This document shows positions 1-14,583 of a DNA stretch of 64,000 bases, in pieces. The translations under genes were made by a program, and so were the position numbers. Positions within the stretch are counted from its first letter, which is position 1, and each line of letters opens with the position of its first letter. Source of the DNA: Halomonas sp. (GTDB taxonomy: Bacteria > Pseudomonadota > Gammaproteobacteria > Pseudomonadales > Halomonadaceae); contig JAFIFK010000082.1 in NCBI GenBank assembly GCA_020832045.1, positions 27,072 through 91,071 of the forward strand, in the 5' to 3' direction. The notes under the pieces are model-generated. The model saw nothing but the letters and a program-made list of their open reading frames with translations, made no database searches and was not told the DNA's origin.

Positions 1-540
1 GGGCACCTGGGTGGCATAGGAGTACTTCGGCTCGATAGCGTTGGTACCGGGATATTCCCAAGGGTAGGCGTAGAATCCACCGCCTTGCCTGGCCACGTCG
101 ATCAGGTCGCGAATGATGTAGGCACCGTCCGGCGCCTGAACGCCGATCATGTTGGTGCCTTCCCGCTGGGGCATGGGCGCCGTGGCAACGTTGAGCCCGT
201 CGTACTGGTAGGCAAAGACGTAGTTGTTACCTTCGAACTGAATGGCGCGCACGATCTCGGCGGCGCGCTCGCGCTTTTCGCCATCGCTCAGTCGTGCATC
301 CTGCAAGATGGGTTGTATGGCCGTGCGAGCGCTTTCGACCACGTCGCGTACGCCGGCCTGGCGCGTTTCGATCAGTAGGTGTCGTTGTCGGGTGAGGGCG
401 TCTTGGGTGTCTTGGATGCGGCTGTAGGAGTCCAGCGCTACCAGACCCAACGTGGTCAGTAGCAGTGGGAGCAGAACCAACATCAGGATACGGGCCTGCA
501 GGCCCAGCGCAAAGGAGGCTTTTGAGGCCGATGTTTTCAT
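1..540 (-). CDS. Methyl-accepting chemotaxis protein / Cache-domain sensor, N-terminal part (runs off the window start)
   Basis: Manual translation from ATG at 540: MKTSASKASFALGLQARILMMVLLPLLLTTLGLVALD...NNYVFAYQYDG...GGGFYAYPWEYPGTNAIEPKYSY. One TM helix followed by a single Cache (sCache_2)-like periplasmic domain; frame open to position 1; absent from the ORF track because it is truncated. Confidence 0.75.
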   Translation of the reverse strand, partial: MKTSASKASFALGLQARILMLVLLPLLLTTLGLVALDSYSRIQDTQDALTRQRHLLIETRQAGVRDVVESARTAIQPILQDARLSDGEKRERAAEIVRAIQFEGNNYVFAYQYDGLNVATAPMPQREGTNMIGVQAPDGAYIIRDLIDVARQGGGFYAYPWEYPGTNAIEPKYSYATQVP

Positions 541-627
541 ATCAGCGATCTCTGAACGGACAAAGGCTTGAACGGGAGGCAAGCACTCATAGAGATCGGC
601 CAAAAGCGGTCGCAATTGACCCCTACA

Positions 628-3957
<3,330 letters not shown>

Positions 3958-3963
3958 GCTCTG

Positions 3964-5430
3964 CTACAGGAGGGGAGAAATGATATCGAACAGCGGGGCT
4001 TCACTATCCTCGCCGTTTGGCAGTTCGTTGAGCTGCAGGTACTGCTGCTGGCTGCGATCGACGTACGACAGGATCTCGTAATAGCGGCGGATGTTGCGCA
4101 CGTAGATCACCGGTTCGCCGCCCCGTGCATAGCCATGTCGGGTCTTGCTGTGCCATTCACGCTTCTGCAACAGCGGCAGCGCTTCGCGCACGTCCTCCCA
4201 GCGGTTGGGGTCGCCGCCGAGCTCTTCGGCGATCCTGCGGGCATCGTACAGGTGCCCTAATCCCACGTTATAGGCCGCCATGGCCATATAGAGCCTGTCG
4301 TCACCCTGGATCGATTCGGGCAGCCGATCCTTGAGCTGGCGCAGGTAGCGTGCTCCGCCATCCACACTCTGCGCCGGATCGAGCCGGTCGCTCACGCCCA
4401 GTTCGCCGGCGGTGGGAAGGGTAAGCATCATCAGGCCGCGCACTCCCGTGGGAGAGGTTGCCTCGGGGTCCCAGTGAGACTCCTGATAGCCCAGCGCGGC
4501 TAGCAATTTCCAGTCGAAGCCGGTGTTGCGAGCCGCTTCGCGAAACAGTTCGGAATAGGTGGGCAGACGCTCGTTGAGATGGGCGATGAACACCCGCGCC
4601 CCCACGTACTCTAGATAGTCATCATGACCGAAATGGCGTGCGATCAGTTCATCGAGCCAACCGTCCTGATGCAGGTTGGCGAGGAAACGGTTTGCCTGCT
4701 GTTGCAGCCCAAGCCCACCCTTGGCAGGGAAAGCCCAGGCCATGGAGAGCGGCTTGCCCAGCGGGAAGCCACGCTCTACGCCGGGAAAGAAGATTCGGTT
4801 TATCCGGAACTGGTGCTCGAATACCACCGCGGCATCGAGATAGCCGTTCTCCACCCGGCCCAGCAGCTCAGCGACCTCCACCTCCGATGACTCGCCCCAG
4901 CCCAGCTCTGGATGCTCATTTTGCAGCTCACGCAGCACGAGGTCGGTGCCCGAGCCGCGGATCGTGCCGATTGTCAGGCCGGCGAGGTCTTCCGCTGCCC
5001 TGACCGGCGGCAGGCCACGGCGATAGACCAGCAGCGGTTGCAGATCGAGGATGGGGCGACTATAGATAAGGTCGGGTTGGGTCAGATCCAGCGGCAGCGT
5101 TGCCGCCGCCAGATCGCCCTCCAGGCGTACCGCGTCCAGCGCGCTCTGGACATGATGACGGGCATCCAGGGTCAAGCTGACATCGAGAAACTCGGCGAAA
5201 CGCCGCATCAGTTCGTATTCGAACCCGGTCGGTCCATGACGCCCTTCATAGTAGGTACTCGGCGTGTTGCGCGTATGAACGCTGATGAAGTCGCGTTCGT
5301 GCACCGCTTCCAGAAGGCCACTACTGGGTTTGAAGTGGCGGTAGGGGGCCAGGCACAGGATGACGCCCAGCAGCAACAGGGCGGCCAGGCGCAGGCGGCT
5401 CAGCAGGATACGGCTATCAAGCTCAGGCAT
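3964..5430 (-). CDS. mltF: Membrane-bound lytic murein transglycosylase F
   Basis: Periplasmic-binding-protein-like N-terminus (GFEYEL) plus SLT domain ([25 protein letters not shown]); divergent from purL as in conserved synteny. Confidence 0.93.
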   Translation of the reverse strand: MPELDSRILLSRLRLAALLLLGVILCLAPYRHFKPSSGLLEAVHERDFISVHTRNTPSTYYEGRHGPTGFEYELMRRFAEFLDVSLTLDARHHVQSALDAVRLEGDLAAATLPLDLTQPDLIYSRPILDLQPLLVYRRGLPPVRAAEDLAGLTIGTIRGSGTDLVLRELQNEHPELGWGESSEVEVAELLGRVENGYLDAAVVFEHQFRINRIFFPGVERGFPLGKPLSMAWAFPAKGGLGLQQQANRFLANLHQDGWLDELIARHFGHDDYLEYVGARVFIAHLNERLPTYSELFREAARNTGFDWKLLAALGYQESHWDPEATSPTGVRGLMMLTLPTAGELGVSDRLDPAQSVDGGARYLRQLKDRLPESIQGDDRLYMAMAAYNVGLGHLYDARRIAEELGGDPNRWEDVREALPLLQKREWHSKTRHGYARGGEPVIYVRNIRRYYEILSYVDRSQQQYLQLNELPNGEDSEAPLFDIISPLL

Positions 5431-5583
5431 TTAGACGACGATCGACGATGAGAACCCCACGATAACGGCCTGACGCACGGCTGTCATCCGCTGCATTTCG
5501 TCTCATCGTCGCTTTCCAGTATCATGGCGCCTTTCTTCGCCGCCGTGCGGCCATTCCTTCGCTTGCTTCAGAGGCTTCAAGAC

Positions 5584-8500
5584 ATGCTCGAACTTCGAGG
5601 CGCGCCTGCCCTTTCCGCTTTCCGTCACGACAAGCTGCTGGCTACTCTGCGCGCACGGGTTCCCGAGGTCGAGTCCCTGCACGCTGTGTTCGTGCATTTC
5701 GTGGATCACGACGGTGAATTTTCCGATGAGGAGCGGGCTCTCCTCGGTCAACTGCTCGACTACGGCATCCGAAGCGAGAGCGATGACGCCCGAAGTGCGC
5801 TGGATGGCGAAGGTCAGCTGTTTCTGGTGGTGCCGCGTATCGGTACCCAGTCGCCATGGTCGTCCAAGGCGACCGACATTGCCCATAACTGTGGCCTGTC
5901 TCGGGTTCGCCGTATCGAGCGAGGGGTGGCCTACCGGGTAGTGCTCAAGGCGCCAATGTCCGAAGCGGCCTTCATGGCAATTCATGAAATCCTGCACGAC
6001 CGCATGACCGAAAATGTGCTGACCGACGCCTCCGATGCCGCCCAGCTTTTTGCTCATCACGAGCCGGCGCCATTGGGTCAGGTGGAAATCCTCGAAGGGG
6101 GGCGAGAGGCGCTGGAAGCGGCCAATGTCGGTCTGGGACTGGCGTTGGCCGAGGATGAGATCGACTACCTCGTCGAGGCTTTTCGGGAGCTCGGTCGCAA
6201 TCCCAGCGACGTCGAATTGATGATGTTCGCCCAGGCCAACTCCGAGCACTGCCGTCACAAGATCTTCAATGCCGACTGGGTCATCGACGGCGAGGCGCAG
6301 AGCCACTCGCTGTTCAAGATGATCAAGAACACCTACCAGGCCTCCCCCGAGAACATTCTTTCCGCCTATAGCGACAACGCTGCGGTGATCCGGGGTGCAA
6401 CGGCGCCGCGGTTCTTCGCCGCCCCGCTTACCGGCAAGGCCGCCGAGCGTGCCGTGTACGGCGCGCAGCAGGAACCGATCCACATACTGATGAAGGTGGA
6501 GACCCACAACCACCCCACGGCGATTGCACCCTATCCCGGCGCGGCCACCGGCGCCGGCGGCGAGATTCGGGACGAAGGCGCCACCGGTATCGGCGGCAAG
6601 CCCAAGGCGGGGCTCACCGGTTTCACCGTCTCCAACCTACGCATTCCCGAGTTCGTGCAGCCCTGGGAGGCGTTCGACTACGGCAAGCCAGAACGCATGC
6701 AGTCGGCGCTTGCGATCATGCTCGAGGGGCCGATCGGCGGGGCATCGTTCAACAATGAATTCGGCCGTCCCAATCTCACCGGCTACTTTCGCACCTACGA
6801 GCAGGACACTCTGGGCCTCGGGGGCATCGAGCGGCGCGGCTTCCACAAGCCGATCATGATCGCCGGCGGCTACGGCAATATTCGTGACGGTCACGTACAG
6901 AAGGGAGAGATCCCCGTCGGCGGCAAGCTGATCGTGATGGGTGGTCCGGCCATGCTGATCGGCCTGGGCGGCGGGGCGGCTTCATCGATGGCTTCCGGTA
7001 CCTCCAGTGCCGATCTCGACTTTGCCTCGGTCCAGCGTGAGAACCCCGAGATAGAACGCCGCGCCCAGGAAGTCATCGACCGCTGCTGGGCACTGGGCGA
7101 GGCCAACCCCATTCGCTTCTTCCATGACGTTGGCGCCGGCGGTCTCTCCAATGCACTGCCGGAGCTGGTCAAGGACGGCGAGCGCGGGGGGCGCTTCGAG
7201 CTGCGTGCGGTGCCCAATGCCGAGCCGGGCATGAGCCCGCTGGAGATCTGGTGCAACGAGGCCCAGGAGCGCTATGTGCTGGCGGTGGCCCCGGAAGACC
7301 TCGCCACCTTCGATGCGCTGTGTGCCCGCGAGCGGTGTCCCTATGCGGTGGTTGGCGAGGCCATCGAGGCGCACCATCTGGAAGTGCGCGACGGTCACTT
7401 CGAGACCAAGCCGGTCGACCTTCCCATGAGCGTGCTGTTTGGCAAGCCGCCGAAGATGCAGCGTGAATTCCAGCGCGAGGTGCTGGACTTGCCGGGCGTG
7501 ATGCTCGACAACCTGGACCTGCGCGAGGCCATGGAACGCGTTCTGCGTTTGCCTACCGTGGCCTCCAAGAGCTTTCTGATCACCATTGGCGACCGCTCCA
7601 TTACTGGCATGGTGGCCCGCGACCAGATGGTCGGCCCCTGGCAGGTGCCGGTGGCCGACGTCGCCGTCACCACCGCAAGCTACGAGACGCACGCCGGTGA
7701 GGCCATGGCCATGGGCGAGCGTCCGCCGGTGGCCTTGATCGACCCGGCGGCGAGCGCCCGTCTGGCGGTGGCCGAGACCATCACCAATCTGGCCGCCGCA
7801 CCGATCGCCAAGCTGGGTGACATCAAGCTCTCCGCCAACTGGATGAGTGCGGCGGACCATGTCGGCGAGAACCAGGCGCTGTATGACGCCGTGCACGCGG
7901 TCGGCATGGAGCTATGCCCGCAGCTCGGCATCGCCATTCCGGTGGGCAAGGATTCCATGTCCATGCGCACGGCCTGGCAGACGGGCAAAGGCGACGAGGC
8001 CGAGGAGAAGAGTGTCACTTCGCCGCTGTCGCTAGTGGTGACCGGCTTCGCCCCGGTAACCGATGCTCTGAAGACGCTGACGCCTCAGATCAACCTCGAG
8101 CAGGACGAGTCCGATCTGATTCTGATCGACCTGGGCGGCGGCAAGAATCGTCTGGGCGGCTCGGCGCTGGCCCAGGTCTATGGACAGCTGGGCAACGACT
8201 GCCCCGACCTCGACGACCCGGAAGACCTCAAGGCTTTCTTTGCCGTGATCCAGGGGCTCAATGCCGACGGCAAGCTGTTGGCTTACCACGACCGTAGCGA
8301 CGGCGGCCTGTTGGTCACGCTGCTGGAGATGGCCTTCGCCGCCCACGCCGGCCTCGAGATCAAGCTCGACTGGCTGATCGACGAGCCGACCCAGGCGGTG
8401 GATGCGCTGTTCGCCGAGGAGCTCGGCGCGGTGATCCAGGTCAACCGGCGGTATACCGAAGAGGTGCTGGCGCAGTTCGCCGCTGCCGGTATCGAGACCT

Positions 8501-9531
8501 GTGGCGTCATCGCCCGGCCGCGCTACGACGATCAGGTGCGGGTCACCCTTTTCGAGGAACCGCTGCTCGAGACCACCCGCTTGCTGGCACAGCGTACCTG
8601 GGCCGAGACCAGCTATCGCATGCAGGCGCTGCGCGACAATCCCGACTGTGCCAAGAGCGAATTCGACGGCCTGCTCGACGGCCGCGACCCGGGTCTATCG
8701 GCGAGTCCCACCTTCGACGTGAACGAGGATATCGCCGCCCCCTACGTCAATACGGCACGGCCGGCGGTGGCGATCCTGCGCGAACAGGGGGTCAACGGTC
8801 AGCTGGAGATGGCCTGGGCGTTTCACCATGCCGGCTTCGATGCGGTGGACGTGCATATGAGCGACGTCATCGAAGGGCGCGTGTCCCTCGATACCTTCAA
8901 GGGGCTGGTGGCCTGCGGCGGCTTCTCCTACGGTGACGTGCTGGGGGCCGGAGGCGGCTGGGCCAAGTCGGTGCTGTTCAATCCACGTGCCCGGGAGCAG
9001 TTCGCCACGTTCTTCGAGCGCGACGACAGCTTCGGTCTCGGCGTGTGCAACGGCTGCCAGATGTTCGCTCAGCTCAAGGAGCTGATCCCCGGCGCCGAGA
9101 ACTGGCCGCGCTTCGTGCGTAACGAGTCCGAGCAGTTCGAGTCGCGGGTCGCCATGGTGCAGGTAGAACAGAGTGCATCGATCCTGTTTGCCGGCATGGA
9201 GGGGTCGCGCCTGCCGATCGCCGTGGCTCACGGTGAAGGACGCGCCGAGTTCCGCGACAGCGCCCACCTGCGCAGCATGCAGGGTAGCGCCCAGGTGGCC
9301 TTACGCTATATCGACAACTATGGACAGGTGACCAGCCACTACCCGGCCAACCCCAATGGCTCGCCTTCCGGTATCACCGGGCTGACGACGCCTGACGGGC
9401 GCGTCACCATCATGATGCCGCACCCCGAGCGCGTTACTCGGGCAGTGGCCAACTCTTGGCGCCCTGCGGAATGGACCCAGGATGGCGCCTGGATGCGCTT
9501 GTTCCGCAATGCTCGCGTATGGCTGGGCTGA
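5584..9531 (+). CDS. purL: Phosphoribosylformylglycinamidine synthase (large fused type)
   Basis: [52 protein letters not shown]. Start set at MLELRG (5584). Confidence 0.98.
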   Translation: MLELRGAPALSAFRHDKLLATLRARVPEVESLHAVFVHFVDHDGEFSDEERALLGQLLDYGIRSESDDARSALDGEGQLFLVVPRIGTQSPWSSKATDIAHNCGLSRVRRIERGVAYRVVLKAPMSEAAFMAIHEILHDRMTENVLTDASDAAQLFAHHEPAPLGQVEILEGGREALEAANVGLGLALAEDEIDYLVEAFRELGRNPSDVELMMFAQANSEHCRHKIFNADWVIDGEAQSHSLFKMIKNTYQASPENILSAYSDNAAVIRGATAPRFFAAPLTGKAAERAVYGAQQEPIHILMKVETHNHPTAIAPYPGAATGAGGEIRDEGATGIGGKPKAGLTGFTVSNLRIPEFVQPWEAFDYGKPERMQSALAIMLEGPIGGASFNNEFGRPNLTGYFRTYEQDTLGLGGIERRGFHKPIMIAGGYGNIRDGHVQKGEIPVGGKLIVMGGPAMLIGLGGGAASSMASGTSSADLDFASVQRENPEIERRAQEVIDRCWALGEANPIRFFHDVGAGGLSNALPELVKDGERGGRFELRAVPNAEPGMSPLEIWCNEAQERYVLAVAPEDLATFDALCARERCPYAVVGEAIEAHHLEVRDGHFETKPVDLPMSVLFGKPPKMQREFQREVLDLPGVMLDNLDLREAMERVLRLPTVASKSFLITIGDRSITGMVARDQMVGPWQVPVADVAVTTASYETHAGEAMAMGERPPVALIDPAASARLAVAETITNLAAAPIAKLGDIKLSANWMSAADHVGENQALYDAVHAVGMELCPQLGIAIPVGKDSMSMRTAWQTGKGDEAEEKSVTSPLSLVVTGFAPVTDALKTLTPQINLEQDESDLILIDLGGGKNRLGGSALAQVYGQLGNDCPDLDDPEDLKAFFAVIQGLNADGKLLAYHDRSDGGLLVTLLEMAFAAHAGLEIKLDWLIDEPTQAVDALFAEELGAVIQVNRRYTEEVLAQFAAAGIETCGVIARPRYDDQVRVTLFEEPLLETTRLLAQRTWAETSYRMQALRDNPDCAKSEFDGLLDGRDPGLSASPTFDVNEDIAAPYVNTARPAVAILREQGVNGQLEMAWAFHHAGFDAVDVHMSDVIEGRVSLDTFKGLVACGGFSYGDVLGAGGGWAKSVLFNPRAREQFATFFERDDSFGLGVCNGCQMFAQLKELIPGAENWPRFVRNESEQFESRVAMVQVEQSASILFAGMEGSRLPIAVAHGEGRAEFRDSAHLRSMQGSAQVALRYIDNYGQVTSHYPANPNGSPSGITGLTTPDGRVTIMMPHPERVTRAVANSWRPAEWTQDGAWMRLFRNARVWLG

Positions 9532-9551
9532 TCACGCCCACCACGAAAGAA

Positions 9552-9583
9552 AAGAGGCGGCCTTTTTAGGCCGCCTCTTCTTT
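9552..9583 (+). terminator. Rho-independent terminator after purL (probably bidirectional)
   Basis: AAGAGGCGGCCT-TTTT-AGGCCGCCTCTT hairpin flanked by A- and T-rich runs. Confidence 0.85.
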
Positions 9584-9642
9584 ATGCTGTTCTGGCTCAT
9601 CCCTGCCGCGTTGTGACGCTGATTCCTAGAGACGGGTCGCCG

Positions 9643-10137
9643 TCAGGCGCGTTGATCCATCCGATCCAGCTCGGTGCGCGAGGCGAGAAAGCCCTCCAGG
9701 ACGGCATGTTCCGCCTGCTTCTGCTTGATCATTGCCGTTTGGGCCGGGTAGAGCGCGGGAACGGTACCGACCTCGCGCAGATGTTTGTGGAAGTGTTTCG
9801 AGTTTTCGGCATCGTTGACCGCCTGAACCAACACTTCGAATGCCTGCAGTGGTGTATCGATGAAGAGAGGAGGTGGAGTTGTCGTCTGGGTGGTCTGCTT
9901 GCTGCCGATGTCAGGCAGGCCCAGCTGGCGTGAAAGACGGCGCAGCTCTTCGACGCGCATTTCGCATTGAACGCCTAGCGAAGCCATCAGCCGACTCACG
10001 GTAGTGTCGAACGGCAGAAAGCTGAAGGCCAGTCGTCGATAACGTATGACTTCGGCGCGTTCGTGAGCCTCGGCGAGTGTCAACAGCTCATCCAGCACCA
10101 GGGCCATCCTGGCAATCGTTGTTGGTTTTTCCGGCAT
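9643..10137 (-). CDS. Hypothetical protein, possibly a ferritin/rubrerythrin-like four-helix bundle
   Basis: GAGG RBS before ATG 10137; helical pattern ELLTLAEAHE...Y...E and AVNDAENS..F...EH; metal ligands look degenerate. Confidence 0.55.
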   Translation of the reverse strand: MPEKPTTIARMALVLDELLTLAEAHERAEVIRYRRLAFSFLPFDTTVSRLMASLGVQCEMRVEELRRLSRQLGLPDIGSKQTTQTTTPPPLFIDTPLQAFEVLVQAVNDAENSKHFHKHLREVGTVPALYPAQTAMIKQKQAEHAVLEGFLASRTELDRMDQRA

Positions 10138-10461
10138 GGCAGTGTCCTCGTTTCGGAGACCGAGCGATCGCTGCACCTCTACAAGGCGTGCAGCTAAAGG
10201 GTGCTCGAAGAGTGCCTCCGGTTGGCATGACCTTCATCAGGTTTCACGACGTTTAGGTCCGATGAACCAGTGATTCCATCCACCGGTGTGACGAGAGCCA
10301 CCTTCTCCCCGCTGACCTTTGGTGGCTTCGTCTGACACAGCACTGAATCTTCACTATAGACGAACTCGACGAGAAACCAGTGAAGGAAAATAAAACGAAT
10401 GTTTGACAATTTTGCCTGTGGCGCCAGACTGACCTGATGGGTTGAGCAGAGGCAACAAGGC

Positions 10462-11256
10462 ATGAGTCAACAAGTTTTTCATGAGCGAGTGACACTTACG
10501 TTTCAGGAGCATGTGGCCGAGGTTACGCTTTCGCGACCCCGTGAACACAACGGTCTCGACTGGCCGATGATCGATGCGCTACTCGCTGCTCAGCAGCACT
10601 TGAGCGAGGTGGATGGGCTGCGCGCCGTAGTACTCAAGGGGGAGGGGGAGAGCTTCTGCGCCGGACTCGACATGGCAGCCATCATGTCGAGTCCCGAGCG
10701 GCTGCCCTCGCTGTTGGCTCCCGACGGGCAGGGGATCAACCCGGTGCAGCGCCTGGCACTGGGCTGGCGCGATGCCGGTGTGCCGGTCATTGCCGCTCTG
10801 CAGGGTCATGTCTATGGGGGAGGCCTGCAAATCGCCCTAGGGGCGGATATTAGAGTCGTCTGCCCCCGTGCCCGCCTGGCGCTGCTCGAGATCGCATGGG
10901 GCATCATCCCCGACATGGGCATCAGCGTCACCGCAGCTGACGTGCGCGGCGACGTGCTGCGTGAGCTGGCCTGGACGGGGCGCAAGGTGGATGGCGCAGA
11001 AGCCGTCGCGCTTGGCCTGGCAACGCGTGTGGCCGATGACCCGCAACGTATTGCCCGCGACATAGCCACGGCGGTGGCGGTACGTTCGCCCAGGGCGGTA
11101 GCCGCGGCACGAGAGCTCTTCGCAAGAGCCCCCGGCATGTCCGAGCGCGAGCGCCTGGCGTTGGAAGCCAGCCTGCAGCGCGGCCTGCTCGGCGGCGAGG
11201 AGCAACTGGAAGCCGTGGCGGCCAGAATGGCCGGGCGCGAGCCGCGCTTCACCTGA
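10462..11256 (+). CDS. Enoyl-CoA hydratase / crotonase-family protein
   Basis: FCAGLD oxyanion motif, PVIAALQGHVYGGGLQIALGADIR, GIIPDMG. Confidence 0.92.
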   Translation: MSQQVFHERVTLTFQEHVAEVTLSRPREHNGLDWPMIDALLAAQQHLSEVDGLRAVVLKGEGESFCAGLDMAAIMSSPERLPSLLAPDGQGINPVQRLALGWRDAGVPVIAALQGHVYGGGLQIALGADIRVVCPRARLALLEIAWGIIPDMGISVTAADVRGDVLRELAWTGRKVDGAEAVALGLATRVADDPQRIARDIATAVAVRSPRAVAAARELFARAPGMSERERLALEASLQRGLLGGEEQLEAVAARMAGREPRFT

Positions 11257-11308
11257 CGCAGGGCGCCTGGGCAGGTAAGATGGCCGACCGACCGCTTCCT
11301 GCCCGCTC

Positions 11309-13168
11309 ATGACAATCGCCTCTGACGCCACCACCAGATCGACAGCCCCGGCGCTGCGCCCCTACCAACAGGAGGCGGTGGCGCGCGTGGTGGCGCACTT
11401 TCGCGGCAGCGACGATCCGGCGGTGGTAGTGCTGCCTACCGGCAGCGGTAAATCACTGGTGATCGCCGAGCTGGCGCGGCTCGCACGCGGCCGCGTGCTG
11501 ATACTCGCCCATGTGCGTGAACTGGTGGAGCAAAACCACGCCAAGTATCTGGCCTACGGCCTCGATGCCGACATCTTCAGTGCCGGGCTGGGGCGCAAGG
11601 AGAGTGTGCGTCAGGTGGTGTTCGGCTCGGTTCAATCGGTAGTGCGTAACCTGGCACGCTTCGACGATAACAACTTCACCCTGCTGGTCATCGATGAGTG
11701 TCATCGTGTCTCTCCCCAGGAGGATGCCAGCTATCGTCGTGTGATCGAATCGCTCAGGCGGGCCAATCCGCGCCTCAAGGTGCTTGGGCTGACTGCCACC
11801 CCCTATCGCCTGGGGCAGGGCTTCATCTATCGCCGTCATCATCACGGCATGGTGCGTGGCGACGACGACTGCTTCTTTCGCGATTGCGTATTCGAACAGC
11901 CGCTGCGACTCATGGTAAAGCAGGGCTATCTGGCCGAACCGCGGCGCGTGGATGCGGCAGTGGCGCGCTACGACTTCTCACGGCTCGCTCCCACCGCGGG
12001 CGGGCTGTTTCGCGAAGAGGAGCTCAACCGAGTGGTGGCGGGAAATCGCGCCACACCGGGCATCGTCGCCGAGGTGGTCGAGCGTGCTCGCGAACGCCGG
12101 GGCGTGATGCTGTTTGCCGCGACAGTAGCGCATGCCGAAGAGATACTCGCTTATCTGCCGGCCGCTGAGGCGGCGCTGCTCACCGGTACAACGAAGTCGC
12201 ACGAGCGCGAACGCGTGATTGCCGCCTTCAAGGCGCAAGAACTCAAGTACCTGGTCAATGTGGCGGTGCTGACTACCGGCTTCGACGCACCTCACGTCGA
12301 TTTGATCGCCATCCTGCGGCCTACCGAATCGGTAAGCCTCTATCAGCAGATCGTCGGTCGCGGTTTACGCCTTGCCCCGGGCAAGACCGACTGTCTGATC
12401 CTCGACTACGCCGGCAACCCCTGGGATCTCTACGCGCCGGAAGTGGGCAGCCCACGCCCGGCGTCGGACACCGAGCCGGTACAGGTCGAATGTCCCGCCT
12501 GTGGCCATGCCAACCTGTTCTGGGGGCGGCGCGACGGCGAGCTGGTCATCGAACACTTCGGCAGGCGCTGTCAGGGGCTTGTTGAACGCGCCCGACCCCG
12601 CGCGAAAAGCGAAAAAACCACATCGAGGGCGGACAGCGTCGAGCATGGTGCGGCTTCGGGCACCTGTAAACAGCAGCAGTGCTCGTTCCGCTTTCGCTTC
12701 AAGGTGTGCGGCGAGTGCGGCGCCGAGAACGACATCGCCGCGCGGCGATGTCATGGCTGTCAGACCCTGCTGGTGGATGCCGACGACAAGCTCAAGGAGG
12801 CGCTGCGCCTAAAAGACGCTCGGGTGCTGCGGGTGGCCGGCATGCAGCTCGAGGCCACCGTCAACGGCCGCGGGCTGCCGCGACTCAAGGTCACCTACCA
12901 CGACGAGGACGGGACTAGCCTGAGTGAGTGGTTTGCCCTTGAAACCGCGGCACAGCGCGCCGCCTTCGGGGCAGTGTTCCTGCGTGATCATCTGCGTGCG
13001 CCGGGAACGCGCTGGCAACCCAGGAGCGCCGAGGAAGTCGTTACCGAGCGTCGACGCCTGCGTTACCCCGATTTCGTGGTGGGACGCAAGGTGGGGCGTC
13101 ACTGGCAAGTGCGCGAGAAACTGTTCGACTATACCGGCCGTTACCGCACCGCCCAGGCGTCAGAATGA
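11309..13168 (+). CDS. radD: SF2 DNA-repair helicase RadD/YejH
   Basis: [34 protein letters not shown]-terminal zinc-ribbon cysteines and YejH-like tail. Confidence 0.9.
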   Translation: MTIASDATTRSTAPALRPYQQEAVARVVAHFRGSDDPAVVVLPTGSGKSLVIAELARLARGRVLILAHVRELVEQNHAKYLAYGLDADIFSAGLGRKESVRQVVFGSVQSVVRNLARFDDNNFTLLVIDECHRVSPQEDASYRRVIESLRRANPRLKVLGLTATPYRLGQGFIYRRHHHGMVRGDDDCFFRDCVFEQPLRLMVKQGYLAEPRRVDAAVARYDFSRLAPTAGGLFREEELNRVVAGNRATPGIVAEVVERARERRGVMLFAATVAHAEEILAYLPAAEAALLTGTTKSHERERVIAAFKAQELKYLVNVAVLTTGFDAPHVDLIAILRPTESVSLYQQIVGRGLRLAPGKTDCLILDYAGNPWDLYAPEVGSPRPASDTEPVQVECPACGHANLFWGRRDGELVIEHFGRRCQGLVERARPRAKSEKTTSRADSVEHGAASGTCKQQQCSFRFRFKVCGECGAENDIAARRCHGCQTLLVDADDKLKEALRLKDARVLRVAGMQLEATVNGRGLPRLKVTYHDEDGTSLSEWFALETAAQRAAFGAVFLRDHLRAPGTRWQPRSAEEVVTERRRLRYPDFVVGRKVGRHWQVREKLFDYTGRYRTAQASE

Positions 13169-13212
13169 AGCGCGCTTTTACTCTTCTGCCCAAGGCGCGG
13201 ATCGGTTACATC

Positions 13213-13785
13213 TCACACTTGCCGGGTGTCGCTATCGGGGGTGAGGGGAGTGAGGGACTCGTCGGAATCTGACACTGCCGTCTCGCTCTCTTCGGTTGGC
13301 GAAGCGAGTGCCTGGCTGGCCTCGGCCGACTCACCGAAAGCACTCTTGAGAAGGGCGTTTTCAGGATCCATGTCGATACTTCCGTGAAAAGTGCTCCCGT
13401 CCTCGAGTATCAGGCAGGGGGTCACGATCGCTCCCCTGACGTTGGCGCCCTTATGGATCGTCGCGCGATGCGCCGCTACGAGATTGCCTTCAACCTCGCC
13501 GGACACATGCAGCGTATGGGCATGGACGTCACCGAAGAGGTGGGCACTGCTTCCCAAGGTTACGGTATTTCGTTTGCAGGTGATCGTTCCGACGATGTGG
13601 CCCTCGACGACCAGGTCTTCGCCGGCATCGATATCACCCTCTACTCGTGTATGGCTACCGATCACGGAAACGTTGGGTCGTGACGCGGGCATCTCCTGCC
13701 GAGTCGCTGGAGTCCGGCCGGCATCTGTCGCGACAACGCTCGCTGCCGTTTCGTCCGGTTGACGCTGCTTTGTCTTCTGAAACAT
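13213..13785 (-). CDS. Bactofilin (polymer-forming cytoskeletal protein)
   Basis: SVIGSHTRVEGDI...DLVVEGHIVGTI...VSGEVEGNL...GSTFHGSIDM beta-helix repeats; acidic disordered tail; AGGAGG RBS. Confidence 0.9.
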   Translation of the reverse strand: MFQKTKQRQPDETAASVVATDAGRTPATRQEMPASRPNVSVIGSHTRVEGDIDAGEDLVVEGHIVGTITCKRNTVTLGSSAHLFGDVHAHTLHVSGEVEGNLVAAHRATIHKGANVRGAIVTPCLILEDGSTFHGSIDMDPENALLKSAFGESAEASQALASPTEESETAVSDSDESLTPLTPDSDTRQV

Positions 13786-13956
13786 TCAAGCCTCCTGGCA
13801 GTGAGGGCGTGTCGACAAGATCGACCGTCGCCGACAGCCTACCTTGCTGGAGGTACTGTCAAAGCGTGGAGCTATGCGGCATCTGGCAGCTTTTTCTCGA
13901 CACCGTGCCCGAGGCTGGACACCTATAAGAGATGACGCAATGGCGTGGAGTAGGGT

Positions 13957-14502
13957 ATGGGCATACAAACATGGCTTATCGTGATGGGTGTGGCTTGCAT
14001 GACGTTGATCGTCTGGCATGGGGGGCGGCGTAAGTCCCTAGATTCGGTCTTGCCGGAGATCGTAACGACGATGACGCGAGCTTCCCGGTTGGAGGCGTTT
14101 CCGGTCGCAGCGCAAAGTAAGCCGATCGCTTTTACGGCCGGTGGCGAGATACAGCCCACTGGCCGCTTGCCGAGGGATGTCCTGGGAAGTCGTATCGGTA
14201 TGGCGACACGAGTGTCGGGCAGGCTCATCGCCAATGAACCGGTCGTGATCAAGGGCCGGATAGAAGGTGTCGTCATCGCCCAGGACCATCGTGTCACGGT
14301 GACCATGAGCGGAAGGGTATCCGCTTATCTCGAGGGGCGTGAGGTCAGCGTCGATGGAGAAGTGGCGGGCAGGTTGAAGGCTGGAGAGAAGATCACGCTG
14401 CTGTCACGGGCTGACGTACGCGGCGTTCTGGAGAGCACGCGCCTGGAGTGCATGGCCGGTGCGCGCTTTCAAGGCGAGGTGGCCGGCACTCCGTGCGGCT
14501 GA
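13957..14502 (+). CDS. Bactofilin with an N-terminal hydrophobic anchor
   Basis: SRIGMATRVSGRL...VVIKGRIEGVV...VDGEVAGRL...GARFQGEV; N-terminus WLIVMGVACMTLIVW. Confidence 0.78.
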   Translation: MGIQTWLIVMGVACMTLIVWHGGRRKSLDSVLPEIVTTMTRASRLEAFPVAAQSKPIAFTAGGEIQPTGRLPRDVLGSRIGMATRVSGRLIANEPVVIKGRIEGVVIAQDHRVTVTMSGRVSAYLEGREVSVDGEVAGRLKAGEKITLLSRADVRGVLESTRLECMAGARFQGEVAGTPCG

Positions 14503-14583
14503 GCGGTCTTACCCTGCCCTCGGGCTCTTGGTAGACTGAGGGATGGATTCGCAGATGAGCCCAGCCGGGAGGCCAGCTTCCGC

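Noticed and set aside
10194-10548. Short minus-strand ORFs in the intergenic spacer
   Set aside because: No RBS or motifs, and they overlap the crotonase start and promoter.
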